DNA of 64,000 nt. Source: an uncultured Odoribacter sp. GTDB lineage: Bacteria; Bacteroidota; Bacteroidia; Bacteroidales; Marinifilaceae. The notes under the pieces are model-generated. The model was not told where the DNA came from, did not search any database, and worked only from the letters and a program-made list of their open reading frames with translations. Shown in pieces: positions 1-10,553 of this stretch (positions are counted from its first letter, which is position 1; each line of letters opens with the position of its first letter). The stretch is taken from the NCBI GenBank assembly GCA_910588375.1, contig CAJUQA010000014.1:4524-68523 (forward strand), given 5' to 3'. A program made the translations under genes and the position numbers.

Positions 1-354
1 AAATACTTGAAGTTCGGAAATAAAGGATATATCACTCGTCACGGAAGTGTAAATAATTGGGTAAAAACAATAGCCGAAAGTGAAATGTTCGTAACGGATT
101 CTTTTCACGGGGTTGCTTTTGCGTTGATTCACCGGAAACAGTTTATCGTATTGCCTTCTGTTGAGTCACGGATGGGAAGAGTTATTTCCTTACTCCGTTT
201 ATTGGATATTGAAAACCGGTATTATAAGACTGTTGAAGATGTCTATAAAAGGTCGGATTGGATGCGCCCGATTGACTATCAAAAGGTAACAGAAAGATTG
301 GTCAAGGAAAGGGAATGTTCTTTGAATTTTTTGAAAAAGGCGCTTCTGTTTTAA
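1..354 (+). CDS. polysaccharide pyruvyl transferase family protein, C-terminal fragment (5' end outside window)
   Basis: The frame is open from base 1; the track start at 7 is an in-frame TTG. The motif FVTDSFHGVAFALIHRKQFIVLP resembles the C-terminal core of CsaB/WcaK-type pyruvyl transferases. It heads a glycosyltransferase arm. Confidence 0.5.
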   Translation, partial: KYLKFGNKGYITRHGSVNNWVKTIAESEMFVTDSFHGVAFALIHRKQFIVLPSVESRMGRVISLLRLLDIENRYYKTVEDVYKRSDWMRPIDYQKVTERLVKERECSLNFLKKALLF

Positions 355-369
355 AGATAAAATTATAAG

Positions 370-1437
370 ATGGCAGAGGAGGAGCTTCTGTTTATTCGTT
401 CTTTCTATTGGATATTATTAGCTGTATTAACATTACAGATATTCATATCGTTTTGTCAATATTTGTCTCCGCAATTTCCGGTGAATATATGGAATAAGTT
501 ATTGCCGATTTTGCTGATTATAGGTGTATCGATATATATCGGAGGACGGGACATTCAGATTGGGGCAGATACAGACGTTTATTGGGAGTTTTATGAGGAG
601 ATTCGGATGGGGGGCAGGTTTTGGACATTTGGAGAGCCTCTTTTTTATTTTTTGATGTTTTTGTTTGCCAGATTATTTACTTTTCAGGCATTTTTAATAT
701 TCTGTGCATTTGTTTATATCGGAGGTGCATATCTTGGAATGAAACGTTTTTTTTCGGTATATGCTATTTACCCATTACTATTATTTTTTATCAGTCCTAA
801 TTTTTTTCTGTATGGAATTAATGGTATAAGGAATGGATTTGCCGCATCGGTGTTTTTAATGTCTTTCTATTGGTGGGGAAAAAGCGATCGGAAAATGTAC
901 GGGGTCATGTTACTTTCCATATTATGTCACTTCTCCATGTCGTTTTCTTTGTTGGCATTTTGGGTGTGCCGGAATTATAAATCAATAAAATTTTGCATGG
1001 TTGTGTGGCTGTGTTCGTTAATGCTCTATTTCACACATCTTACCATTGGAAATCAGTTGGGATATATATTGCCGGATCTTGGGAGAATTAATCAGTATTT
1101 GAGTGATGAATCGGAAGAACCGGTTACTGCTTTAATTAATTTTTTTGTATATGGAGTTTCCCCGGTTTTTGCAGGAATATATTATGTATATATCAAAAAG
1201 TACAATGATCGTTTATATTTACATTTATTGAATACTTATATCATTCTGAATGCCTTTTATATCCAAGTAATGGATATAAAATTTGCAGTCCGGTTTGCTT
1301 ATTTATCGGAGTTTCTAATGCCAATTGTATTGATTTATCCTTTAATAAAAGAACGTATATGGCCATTACGTTTCTGGCTATTATCCCTTCTCTTTTTGGG
1401 CGTTTTTTGGATAAAAGCCACAAAGATTTTATTTTGA
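370..1437 (+). CDS. EpsG-family polytopic membrane protein (putative Wzy-type polysaccharide polymerase)
   Basis: 355 aa, very hydrophobic with many predicted TM helices. The EpsG-like motif GGRDIQIGADTDVYWEFY is present. It lies within a polysaccharide locus. Confidence 0.6.
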   Translation: MAEEELLFIRSFYWILLAVLTLQIFISFCQYLSPQFPVNIWNKLLPILLIIGVSIYIGGRDIQIGADTDVYWEFYEEIRMGGRFWTFGEPLFYFLMFLFARLFTFQAFLIFCAFVYIGGAYLGMKRFFSVYAIYPLLLFFISPNFFLYGINGIRNGFAASVFLMSFYWWGKSDRKMYGVMLLSILCHFSMSFSLLAFWVCRNYKSIKFCMVVWLCSLMLYFTHLTIGNQLGYILPDLGRINQYLSDESEEPVTALINFFVYGVSPVFAGIYYVYIKKYNDRLYLHLLNTYIILNAFYIQVMDIKFAVRFAYLSEFLMPIVLIYPLIKERIWPLRFWLLSLLFLGVFWIKATKILF

Positions 1438-1453
1438 GTTTTCTCTTCAATGT

Positions 1454-2320
1454 ATGGTTACAATTTTTACTCCTACTTACAATCGAGCTTATATTATCGG
1501 TAAATTGTATCAAAGTTTGTTGGAACAAACCGATCGTAATTTTGAGTGGTTGGTTGTAGATGACGGAAGTACCGATAATACAGAGGAATTAATCGCTTCT
1601 TTTATACAGGATAATAAAATATTTATTCGTTATTTCCGCCAAGAGAATGCTGGTAAACATCGTGCCATAAACAAAGGATTGTCAGAGGCAAAGGGGGAAT
1701 TATTTTTTGTGGTGGATAGTGATGATTATTTACCTGAATGTTCTTTACAAATTATTATGGAGCAGTATTCTCAGATTAAGAATAATCCTCTTTACGCGGG
1801 CGTTACGGGCTTGAAGTGCTATCCTTCGGGTGAAAAAGTTGGAGGAGAAGAAAAATGGGATATTATTGATAGTAATTCTCTTGAAATTAGGTTGAAATAT
1901 AAAGTCAAAGGTGATTTGGCTGATGTTCTGAAAACTGATATTGCTAAAAAATACCCTTTTCCGGAAATTGAGGGCGAAAAATTTTGTCCTGAAGCGTTGG
2001 TATATAATAGATTATCAAGTTGTTATAAGATAAGATATTTTTATAAAAACGTGTATTTCTGTGATTATTTGCCGGATGGTTTAACGGCTAAAATAACAAG
2101 AATAAGAAAAGAGTCTCCTTTGTATTCCATGACCTATTATTCGGAATACTCAAAATTGAATATTCCAATACGATACAAGTTAAAAGGAAATATTAATTAT
2201 TGGCGTTTCTCAAGAATGCGATATTTAATACAAGATGTATCAAGGTTTCAAATGCACAACCTACTTTCTTTGGTAGGATTCCCTGTGGGGATGTTTATGA
2301 AACTAAGGGATGTTTTATAA
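1454..2320 (+). CDS. glycosyltransferase family 2
   Basis: N-terminal TIFTPTYNRAYIIGKLYQSLLEQT...WLVVDDGSTDNT and a later VVDSDD (DXD) motif, typical of GT-A/GT2 enzymes. Confidence 0.8.
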   Translation: MVTIFTPTYNRAYIIGKLYQSLLEQTDRNFEWLVVDDGSTDNTEELIASFIQDNKIFIRYFRQENAGKHRAINKGLSEAKGELFFVVDSDDYLPECSLQIIMEQYSQIKNNPLYAGVTGLKCYPSGEKVGGEEKWDIIDSNSLEIRLKYKVKGDLADVLKTDIAKKYPFPEIEGEKFCPEALVYNRLSSCYKIRYFYKNVYFCDYLPDGLTAKITRIRKESPLYSMTYYSEYSKLNIPIRYKLKGNINYWRFSRMRYLIQDVSRFQMHNLLSLVGFPVGMFMKLRDVL

Positions 2321-3413
2321 AATGAAAGGTTGTTTGATTTATCTGGGACGAAAAGGCGCCGGTCCTATGTATGCCTTAGAAATGGCACAAGCACTAAGTT
2401 TATCATGCGAACTTTTATGTGTGATATCGAGTTATGCAGAAAATTTGGACTTGTGGCGGCAAGTATCCGCAAATAATAATAACATCAAATTATTTGAAGT
2501 CAAAACATATAGAAATCGTACAGAGTTTTTGCTGCGTTCATTGAATATTGAAATATATACAAGGATGCGCAAAGTTATTAATGCATTTAAACCGGAAATT
2601 GTTTATTCTCCGATGGGGCATTTTTGGGAAAGGTTCGTTGTCCCTTATTTACATTGTAGGTGTAAGGTGCAAACAATTCATGATCCGATACTTCATAAAG
2701 GAGAAGATAGTCTGATACGTAAATGTTTAAACTATTTGTTTACTTATAAATCTGACAAATATGTCGTGTTGAGTAAGGTCTTCAAAAAACAACTTGTACA
2801 ATCGGGAATAAAAGAAAAGAATATTTTGGTCGTGCCTCACGCTACTTTTAATGCATATGACAATTGTAATGCATTTGATAATAAAAAATATAATCGTTTC
2901 CTTTTTTTCGGGAGAATTATAAAGTATAAGGGGTTGGATGTGCTTTTGCGTTCAATGGAGTATGTACTTAATGAATATCCTGGAGCAAAACTTGTTATTG
3001 CAGGAAATGGAAATATTGAGGAGTATGAAGCTTTATTGAACCAATATAAGGCTCATATTGATTTGCATATAGAATGGATTCGCGATGAGCAGGTGAAAAC
3101 ATATTTTGAGCAGATTGATTTTGTCGTTTTGCCTTATGTGCAAGCTTCTCAATCCGGAGTGATACCGTTATCTTATGGTTTTGGCAAACCGGTTATTGCA
3201 ACCTGGCTTGGCGGACTTCCAGAACAAATTATTGAAAATAAGACCGGTATTTTAATTGCTCCTGATAGTGAAACGGAGTTGGGAGAGGCAATTCTGTCAT
3301 TGTTGAAAAATGATGATTTGCTGGCTTATATGAAAAAGCAAAGCTGGGAGTATGGAAAGTCTCTTTCATGGGAGACTTCAGCGGCAGCAATATTGAAGTT
3401 AGTGGAAGAATGA
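2310..3413 (+). CDS. glycosyltransferase family 4 (GT-B fold)
   Basis: C-terminal half FFGRIIKYKGLDVLL...VLPYVQASQSGVIPLSYGFGKPVIAT...G is GT1/GT4-like. An alternative ATG at 2322 would remove the 11-nt overlap with the preceding gene. Confidence 0.7.
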   Translation: MFYKMKGCLIYLGRKGAGPMYALEMAQALSLSCELLCVISSYAENLDLWRQVSANNNNIKLFEVKTYRNRTEFLLRSLNIEIYTRMRKVINAFKPEIVYSPMGHFWERFVVPYLHCRCKVQTIHDPILHKGEDSLIRKCLNYLFTYKSDKYVVLSKVFKKQLVQSGIKEKNILVVPHATFNAYDNCNAFDNKKYNRFLFFGRIIKYKGLDVLLRSMEYVLNEYPGAKLVIAGNGNIEEYEALLNQYKAHIDLHIEWIRDEQVKTYFEQIDFVVLPYVQASQSGVIPLSYGFGKPVIATWLGGLPEQIIENKTGILIAPDSETELGEAILSLLKNDDLLAYMKKQSWEYGKSLSWETSAAAILKLVEE

Positions 3414-3590
3414 AATTATTTCGTATAACTACCTTTCTGAAAGTCTTTCTGTGCTTTTGGAAGGACAATAGAAGTTCTTAGCGATTATTATTGTAAACAT
3501 ACTTTATCCATTTTTTACTCATAGTATCTCAGTCGATAGAATCATACCTTACTATCAACGACTCACGGACTCTCTAATAATTTCTATTCA

Positions 3591-4715
3591 ATGAATATTC
3601 TTCATGTGGTGAATATATATTTTGTGTTACCTTATTTCATTGGCGGACAATTTAAGTATTTCAAATCGAAAGGTTACAATATGAATGTCGCTTGTAGTCC
3701 GAGTCAATATTTGGATTCTTATTCTAAGGAGCAGGGCTTCAATTATATCGAAACTCCTATTAAGAGAAGTATTTCAATTAAGGATGATTTAAAATCCATT
3801 TATAAAATCATTAAATTCATTAAACGCCAAAATATTGACATTATCGTCGGTCACACACCCAAGGGGGGATTATTATCCATGATAGCCGGTTGGTTAAGCA
3901 GGGTGCCTCGTCGCATCTATTTCAGACATGGACTTGTTTATGAAACAAGTTTCGGATTGAAAAGGCAAATTCTTATTACTGTCGACAGAATCGCCTCATT
4001 TTGTGCAACCGAAGTCATTTGTGTAAGCAAATCCGTTTTAGAAAGAAGTATCCAAGATAAATTATGCAAGCCACAGAAGCAGTTCATATTAGGGGAAGGT
4101 ACTTGCAATGGTATTGATACGGAATTCCAGTTTAATCCGTCAAAGGTCAATAAAGAAAATATTGAAATACTAAGGAAGAAATATGGGATAAAAGATAGTG
4201 ACTTTGTGATTGGATATTCCGGACGCTTAGTAAGAGACAAAGGTATTGAAGAGTTGGTTAGAGCCTTTGATTTGCTAAAAAAATCTGAAAATTGTAAACT
4301 TCTTTTGGTTGGAATGTTTGAGGATAGGGATTCGCTGTCTGATGAAATTAAGGAAAGAATCAAGCGTGATTCTCAAATTATTTACACTGGTTTAATAAAT
4401 GGTGGAATGGAAAATTATTATTCCTTGATGAATGTATATGTGTTACCTTCTTACCGTGAAGGTTTCCCTACAGGTGTACTTGAAGCTCAGGCTATGTGTC
4501 TTCCGGTTATCACTACCCGAGTAACAGGTTGCTGTGACTCTATCGTTGAGGGCATGACCGGTCTTTTTGCAAGTCATAGTCCGAAAGATATAGCAGAAAA
4601 AATTGACTGTATTAGAGTCAATCATACTATTGATGGAGATAAAGGGAGGGAGTGGGTGGTAAAAAATTTTGACAGCTGCAAGGTTTGGGAAGAAATAGAA
4701 AAACTATACCAATAA
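3591..4715 (+). CDS. glycosyltransferase family 4 (GT-B fold)
   Basis: GYSGRLVRDKGIEELV...VLPSYREGFPTGVLEAQAMCLPVITTRVTG contains the EX7E-type motif of retaining GT4 enzymes. Confidence 0.75.
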   Translation: MNILHVVNIYFVLPYFIGGQFKYFKSKGYNMNVACSPSQYLDSYSKEQGFNYIETPIKRSISIKDDLKSIYKIIKFIKRQNIDIIVGHTPKGGLLSMIAGWLSRVPRRIYFRHGLVYETSFGLKRQILITVDRIASFCATEVICVSKSVLERSIQDKLCKPQKQFILGEGTCNGIDTEFQFNPSKVNKENIEILRKKYGIKDSDFVIGYSGRLVRDKGIEELVRAFDLLKKSENCKLLLVGMFEDRDSLSDEIKERIKRDSQIIYTGLINGGMENYYSLMNVYVLPSYREGFPTGVLEAQAMCLPVITTRVTGCCDSIVEGMTGLFASHSPKDIAEKIDCIRVNHTIDGDKGREWVVKNFDSCKVWEEIEKLYQ

Positions 4716-4724
4716 AATAGTTGA

Positions 4725-5699
4725 ATGAAGATACTTATTACGGGTATCCACGGTTTTGTAGGTTCAAATCTTGTGGAGGCTTTATTAAAAGAACATGTAT
4801 TATATGGAGTGGATATTGCAACTCCTATCAAAAAGGGCGTGAAAGAAACTTTCAGTTGGAAAGAGTTGGATGTTGCCAATCAACCTCACACTTTTCAAGA
4901 GTTGGAGATTACAAAGAAGTTACAACATATCGATGTTATTATTCATTTGGCGGGGAAAGCTCATGATACTAAAAACCGGTCAGAGGTAGCCAGTTATTTT
5001 CAAATTAATACCGGACTGACAAAAAAGATTTTCGATTTTTTCCTGCAATCTTCTGCCCGGAAGTTTATTTTCTTCAGTTCAGTGAAGGCAGCGGCGGACT
5101 TTGTGGTGGGCGATGTATTGACGGAAGAGGTGATTCCTACACCGGTGGGACCTTACGGAGAAAGTAAGATTGCTGCGGAGGAGTATATCTTTTCTAAAGA
5201 AACGCTGTGGAGAGACAGTAAGGAGGTTTATATCCTGCGTCCTTGTATGATTCACGGACCGGGTAACAAAGGGAATCTGAATCTGCTGTATAATGTAGTG
5301 AAGAAAGGATTGCCCTGGCCACTTGGCGGTTTTGAGAACCGCCGGACATTTACTTCGATTGATAATCTCTGTTATGTGATTAACGGATTGATTCACAAGG
5401 ATGTGCCCTCCGGAGTTTATCATATGGCAGATGACGAGGCTTTGTCTACCAATGAAGTGATTACTTTGATGTGTGAAGCATTGAGTAAGAAGCCGCATAT
5501 TTGGAAAATAAACCGGAGATTGATGACAGGTTGTGCCCGTTTGGGTAGTGCCGTGCATCTGCCATTAAATTTGGAGCGCTTACAGAAACTGACAGAAAAT
5601 TATGTGGTATCGAATGCCAAAATAAAAAAGGCATTGGAAATTGAACAAATGCCCGTCCGTGCCCGTGACGGTCTTCTTAAAACTTTCCGAAGTTTTTAA
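4725..5699 (+). CDS. NAD-dependent sugar epimerase/dehydratase (extended SDR)
   Basis: Rossmann motif MKILITGIHGFVGSNL and catalytic YGESKIAAE (YxxxK). It sits directly upstream of the initiating transferase, as is common in polysaccharide loci. Confidence 0.8.
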   Translation: MKILITGIHGFVGSNLVEALLKEHVLYGVDIATPIKKGVKETFSWKELDVANQPHTFQELEITKKLQHIDVIIHLAGKAHDTKNRSEVASYFQINTGLTKKIFDFFLQSSARKFIFFSSVKAAADFVVGDVLTEEVIPTPVGPYGESKIAAEEYIFSKETLWRDSKEVYILRPCMIHGPGNKGNLNLLYNVVKKGLPWPLGGFENRRTFTSIDNLCYVINGLIHKDVPSGVYHMADDEALSTNEVITLMCEALSKKPHIWKINRRLMTGCARLGSAVHLPLNLERLQKLTENYVVSNAKIKKALEIEQMPVRARDGLLKTFRSF

Positions 5700-5740
5700 T
5701 CGCTCTACAGCTTCCAACTTTTCAACCTTTTATTTTTTCT

Positions 5741-6691
5741 ATGTATTATCTGATTGTTTTTCTGTTGTTGTTGGCAGCAGAGGTTGGTTATTTTCGTTTG
5801 GCGGACCGGTTTAATATTATCGACCGCCCGAATGAAAGGAGTTCGCATACGCGGATAACTTTGCGGGGTGGCGGAATTGTGTTTTATTTCGGCGCATTGG
5901 TGTATTTTATCATCAGCAGGTTTGAATATCCTTGGTTTATGTCAGGACTGACACTGATTACCACCGTGAGTTTTGTGGATGATGTGCGATCGGTGTCGCA
6001 AAAGATACGGTTGGTGGTGCATTTTATGGCAATGGCATTGCTGTTTTTTCAGTTAGGCATGAGTGACTTACCTTTGTGGTATATTCCGATAGCATTAATT
6101 GTATGTACAGGAATTATCAATGCCTATAATTTTATGGACGGGATTAATGGTATTACGGGAGGATATAGTTTGGTGGTATTGGGGGCTTTAGCTTATGTAA
6201 ATGAGTATTGGATACCTTTTATGGAAGCGCAATTGTTATGGGTGATGCTGATTGCCGTCGCGGTTTTTTGTATTTTTAATTTCCGAAGGAAAGCAAAATG
6301 TTTTGCGGGAGATGTGGGATCCGTGGGGATAGCCTTTGTAATTCTGTTTGTAATGGGAAAACTGATTTTAAAAACAAATGACCCGGGATATATAATCTTG
6401 CTGGCTGTATATGGTGTGGACAGTATTCTGACTATCATTCACCGCCTAATGTTGCATGAAAATATCGGTCTCCCCCATCGCAAACATCTTTATCAACTGA
6501 TGGCCAACGAACTAAAGATAGCACATCCGATAGTTTCCACTTTTTACATGCTTTTACAAGTTGTAATTTTTGCGGGCTATCTTGCTTTCTATGCTTATCG
6601 ATGGTGGTATTTTGCAGTGGCTATCCTTCTGTTATGTACAGGTTATTGTTTATTTATGAAAAAGTATTTCTATCTTCATCTCTACAAATAA
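5741..6691 (+). CDS. MraY/WecA-family undecaprenyl-phosphate HexNAc-1-phosphate transferase (initiating glycosyltransferase)
   Basis: About 10 predicted TM helices. The motifs NAYNFMDGINGITGG and VSFVDDV are characteristic of the polyprenyl-phosphate N-acetylhexosamine-1-P transferase family. Confidence 0.8.
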   Translation: MYYLIVFLLLLAAEVGYFRLADRFNIIDRPNERSSHTRITLRGGGIVFYFGALVYFIISRFEYPWFMSGLTLITTVSFVDDVRSVSQKIRLVVHFMAMALLFFQLGMSDLPLWYIPIALIVCTGIINAYNFMDGINGITGGYSLVVLGALAYVNEYWIPFMEAQLLWVMLIAVAVFCIFNFRRKAKCFAGDVGSVGIAFVILFVMGKLILKTNDPGYIILLAVYGVDSILTIIHRLMLHENIGLPHRKHLYQLMANELKIAHPIVSTFYMLLQVVIFAGYLAFYAYRWWYFAVAILLLCTGYCLFMKKYFYLHLYK

Positions 6692-6731
6692 GACAATGTA
6701 CAGGCTGATAAAACGGATTTTCAAGTTGTAG

Positions 6732-7883
6732 TTATTCGATAACGATTTTCCGAAGTTTGTCGTTATCCAAGATATTCGCTAGGGACGGTAATACCAATAC
6801 TAAACCGATACCTGCAAATCCGCCTAAGAATGTGAAAAGCACCAAAATAAGTGCCCTTTTGGGTTTGGAACGTTCCAATGGTATGGTTACAGGGTCTATG
6901 ACGGTGAGTATCGGTGTGGTTTCTTTGACTTGTATTTTAGCCTGTTCCAGTTGTTTGGCCAATTCGGAATAAACGCTCAAAGCCAGGTTGTAACGGGTGT
7001 CAAGTTGTTCTTCCTGTGTCTGTGCCCGAGCGGAATAAATGTTTTTGTTGGCGTCTTTGAAAACAGCCCTTTCCTGTTGGATTTGCTCGAATTCACGTTT
7101 TGCTTCATCAAAACGTTCTTGTACGAAATCCAAGTTGGATTGTACTTTTTCTATTTTAAATTCGGTTATATAACGCTGTAAAAGTGTCTGTACTCTTTCT
7201 GCCAACTGAGCTGCCGCCAAAGGTTCGGGCATGGCAGCGGTCAATTGTACATATCCGTCTTTTTCATTCAAATTCAGAGTGATTAATCTTTGCAAGGTCT
7301 CTACGCATTGTTTTTCCTTGAAAGTCAATGTCTGTAAAGCTCCTATTCCTTCCGGTTTATAAATTTCGTCTTTTTTTTCTCCGCGAATCGCTTTCATAAT
7401 CACGCCGGGTAATCCTATTGTATACTTTTTAATCGCTCCTCCCAGACTGAATTTTTTATATTCTTCGTTAGTGAAATAATCAAATAGGGTTACCGGCTGT
7501 TCGTATTCCTCAAATTTTATGGGCGTTTGCATCAATTCTTTTTGAAAGGGGATGCTTTCCAGTATTTTGGAATACATTTTGGGGGAAAGGGTTTCTCCCC
7601 CACTAATGTCGCCTAAGTTAATTCCCGCCATAGCAGCCAGTCCGCTTAAACCTCCACTCATTTTCTTTTCCGAGGTCTGCGGAACCATGGTTGATCCTGC
7701 GGTGTATTCTTCCGCACTAAATAAAGCGACCAATACTCCCAGTAACATGAAAACAAGTGTTATCCGGAGGATGAATTTCCGGTTTTTCCAAAGTTTCCGC
7801 ACTATTTCCACCAAGTCTATTTCCTGTTCTGTTTGTTGCAGACCGGTCGATTCCGTATATGTTTTATTTTGTTCCATTTCCAA
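6732..7883 (-). CDS. Wzz-type polysaccharide chain-length determinant protein
   Basis: N-terminal EIDLVEIVRKLWKNRKFILRITLVFMLLGVLVALF (Wzz motif plus TM1), a coiled-coil middle region, and a C-terminal TM ALILVLFTFLGGFAGIGLVLVL. Confidence 0.7.
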   Translation of the reverse strand: MEMEQNKTYTESTGLQQTEQEIDLVEIVRKLWKNRKFILRITLVFMLLGVLVALFSAEEYTAGSTMVPQTSEKKMSGGLSGLAAMAGINLGDISGGETLSPKMYSKILESIPFQKELMQTPIKFEEYEQPVTLFDYFTNEEYKKFSLGGAIKKYTIGLPGVIMKAIRGEKKDEIYKPEGIGALQTLTFKEKQCVETLQRLITLNLNEKDGYVQLTAAMPEPLAAAQLAERVQTLLQRYITEFKIEKVQSNLDFVQERFDEAKREFEQIQQERAVFKDANKNIYSARAQTQEEQLDTRYNLALSVYSELAKQLEQAKIQVKETTPILTVIDPVTIPLERSKPKRALILVLFTFLGGFAGIGLVLVLPSLANILDNDKLRKIVIE

Positions 7884-7896
7884 TGTCCAGAAAATA

Positions 7897-10443
7897 TTAT
7901 TTACTTGAGTTTATGATAGATGTCACCATGGCCGCCATGGAAGTTGTCGAAGAAGCCAAACTCATAATTTCAGTTAATCCCAAGCCTCTGCGCTGCGGTT
8001 TCAAGGGAACGACAATTTCGCACCCCGGGGTTAGTTTGGTTCTGTTTCCTTTAGCGACTGTAACCGTACCGTTCATATATATTACAAAAGCACGGCTTTT
8101 TTTAGCCCGCTGAGCATATCCTCCCGACTGACTGATGTAATGTTTCAGCTTGGCTTTATTTTTAAATACCACTGTATTAGGATACATGACGGCTCCGCTG
8201 ATTTTCACGGTTCCGTTGTATTCAGGTACCTGTAATACATCGCCTTCACGCAAAATGATGTCCCATTCGTCGGAGCCAGGGTTTTCCAAGGCTTTATTGA
8301 GCTCTATTCCCACAAAATAGGTATCACCGAGATCCAATTGTTCCATGTTGATGGAATCTTTGCCTCCCTGTTGGGTCAGTTTCAATAACGTCTGTATTTT
8401 TGCTTTTTCATCATCCGTAATTTTCCGGGTTAAACGGGCACCTTCAGGACAGGCCTCAGCCGTCAAACCTCCTGCTCTTTTGACCAAGTCGGAAAGTCTT
8501 TCACCTTTTTTCGCCAGAGAGTATTCCCCTCCGAATACTACTTCACCCTCTACAAAAACGTTCTGTTGTTTCTGGTAACCGGGAGAGCGACGCACATAGA
8601 CTTCGTCAAAGGGTTCCAAGGTAAAGTCAGCCGGTCCGCTCAATATAAGGCCGTTTTTCAAAGTAAATGTATAAGTCTCCGCTCTCCGTTCTCCTGCTTT
8701 TGTACTTTTAGGATCTTTTATTCTGCGAGCTACATCGACTCGTATGGTGGAGGCAGATTCCAATAAACCACCTGCCTGTACAATCAGGTCTTCGAGGGTC
8801 ATGTTGTCCACAAATTTGTAGGTTCCCGGATGCCCTACGTCTCCTTTTACAGCAATGGTGTAATCTTCTCTTAGATCAAAGATGGAGGGGATATATAGTA
8901 CGTCATTTTTCTCCAATTCCACATCAGCCACTTTGCCAGAAGCAATTCCCAATATGTCGACAGCAACAACTTCAGTGGAAAGATCTGGTTTTTCCCTGTA
9001 TATCACCGCTCTGTTGGGAAATGCATCTCCCCTCAGGCCTTCGGCTTTCTCCAACAATTGTTTCACTGTCTGTAAACCGTCCTTCAAAGCATATAATCCT
9101 TCCCGATAAACGGCTCCCCTTACTTCAATCCGATTTTCAAAACGGTCCAATACAGAATCAACCGATACCAAATCTCCATCGGAAAGTACAAAGTGGTCGA
9201 ATTCATCATCATCAACATTAAATATCTGACGTTCCCGCCCGCTTTTCCGAATCACACGGATGCTTTTTCTATAGGCATCTCCCGTAAATCCACCCGCATA
9301 TTGTAAGAGATCGCCAACTACCTCGTCTTTTTTCATCTCATACAACATAGGCCGTTTAACCTTTCCTTCTAAGGTTACCTGGTTTTCATAGGGATTAACA
9401 ACTATTACATCCCCGTCCTGCAAGATGATGTTCAAATCGCTCTTTCCTTTCAACAGGTATTCATAGATATCAACGTCAGCAACTTCTTTCCCTCCACGAA
9501 ATATTTTCATGCTCCGCAACGATCCGATCGGATTCACTCCACCAGCACTATATAAGGCATGGAAGGCCGAAGCCAAAGAAGGCAGGGTATATGTTCCTGG
9601 CATAAGAACTTCGCCCATCACATTTACCTGAATACTACGGATATTTCCTAAGGTAAGACGTATGGAGGAGTTGCCCGTATTAATTCCCGAATATATTTTC
9701 GATAATTCATTTTTAACCCGTACGTTTGCTTCCTTAGTTGTCAGTCCGCTCAAATGAAGAGGACCATATCCCTGTACGATAATGTTACCGTCCGGAGAAA
9801 TTATTTCACGGATGTTGTCCTGAGAAGCCCCCCAAACATCGATAATGACTTCATCTCCGGGACCTAATACATAATTATCCGGGGTCGCAATATTAAGTAA
9901 GGGTTCAAACGTCAGTATTTCGTTATTGAATATATCGCGTCCAAAGACTTTTTTTTCTTTTTCTTTGAGAATTTTGTTTAGGCGTTCGTTTATCTCAATT
10001 TCCCAGGTCAGAGAGTCAAGCAAAGAGATGCCATCAGGTGATTCAACATCCAATAGCTGTTCTTCTTTTACTTCCGGCAGTTCTTTCAAGAAGCGTCTGT
10101 CTTTCGCTTCCTTTTCTTTTTCTTCGTCAGATAAGATATCATTTTTCTGTGAAGTTTTCTGTTTTGTTACCGGATTCGTTCGCAAACGACTATCGGAAGC
10201 AGAAGATGTCCCGACAGAGGAAGCCGAAGAGTTCTGACTTTTTTCCTCATAAGCGGCTTTCAGTTGCAGCAATTTTTCCTTTGTCACTCCCTTTTGAGTC
10301 AGCATGATAACAATCTGCTGTTGGCTCATGCCCTGTTTTTGCGCGTCCTGCACCATTTTAATTATCTGGTCATCAGACATCTGAGCGAATAACGACCCAA
10401 TAATTCCTATGAATAAAAGCAGTAGTAACGATATTTTTTTCAC
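7897..10443 (-). CDS. Wza-like polysaccharide export protein with repeated SLBB domains
   Basis: Repeated 'GDV/GDxV..VP' SLBB-like units and the polysaccharide-export motif GPGDEVIIDVWG. I place the start at GTG 10443, giving the signal peptide (M)KKISLLLLLFIGIIGSLFAQ. The track's TTG at 10506 is the alternative. Confidence 0.7.
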   Translation of the reverse strand: MKKISLLLLLFIGIIGSLFAQMSDDQIIKMVQDAQKQGMSQQQIVIMLTQKGVTKEKLLQLKAAYEEKSQNSSASSVGTSSASDSRLRTNPVTKQKTSQKNDILSDEEKEKEAKDRRFLKELPEVKEEQLLDVESPDGISLLDSLTWEIEINERLNKILKEKEKKVFGRDIFNNEILTFEPLLNIATPDNYVLGPGDEVIIDVWGASQDNIREIISPDGNIIVQGYGPLHLSGLTTKEANVRVKNELSKIYSGINTGNSSIRLTLGNIRSIQVNVMGEVLMPGTYTLPSLASAFHALYSAGGVNPIGSLRSMKIFRGGKEVADVDIYEYLLKGKSDLNIILQDGDVIVVNPYENQVTLEGKVKRPMLYEMKKDEVVGDLLQYAGGFTGDAYRKSIRVIRKSGRERQIFNVDDDEFDHFVLSDGDLVSVDSVLDRFENRIEVRGAVYREGLYALKDGLQTVKQLLEKAEGLRGDAFPNRAVIYREKPDLSTEVVAVDILGIASGKVADVELEKNDVLYIPSIFDLREDYTIAVKGDVGHPGTYKFVDNMTLEDLIVQAGGLLESASTIRVDVARRIKDPKSTKAGERRAETYTFTLKNGLILSGPADFTLEPFDEVYVRRSPGYQKQQNVFVEGEVVFGGEYSLAKKGERLSDLVKRAGGLTAEACPEGARLTRKITDDEKAKIQTLLKLTQQGGKDSINMEQLDLGDTYFVGIELNKALENPGSDEWDIILREGDVLQVPEYNGTVKISGAVMYPNTVVFKNKAKLKHYISQSGGYAQRAKKSRAFVIYMNGTVTVAKGNRTKLTPGCEIVVPLKPQRRGLGLTEIMSLASSTTSMAAMVTSIINSSK

Positions 10444-10553
10444 TCTTATCTGGATTAAATTAATATTAGTTTCCTCGCCTAATTTATAAGTTGCAAAATT
10501 ATTCAAAAAGATTCAGTTATAAAAACAGCCCGCCTACTTTTTCAAAGAAAAGG

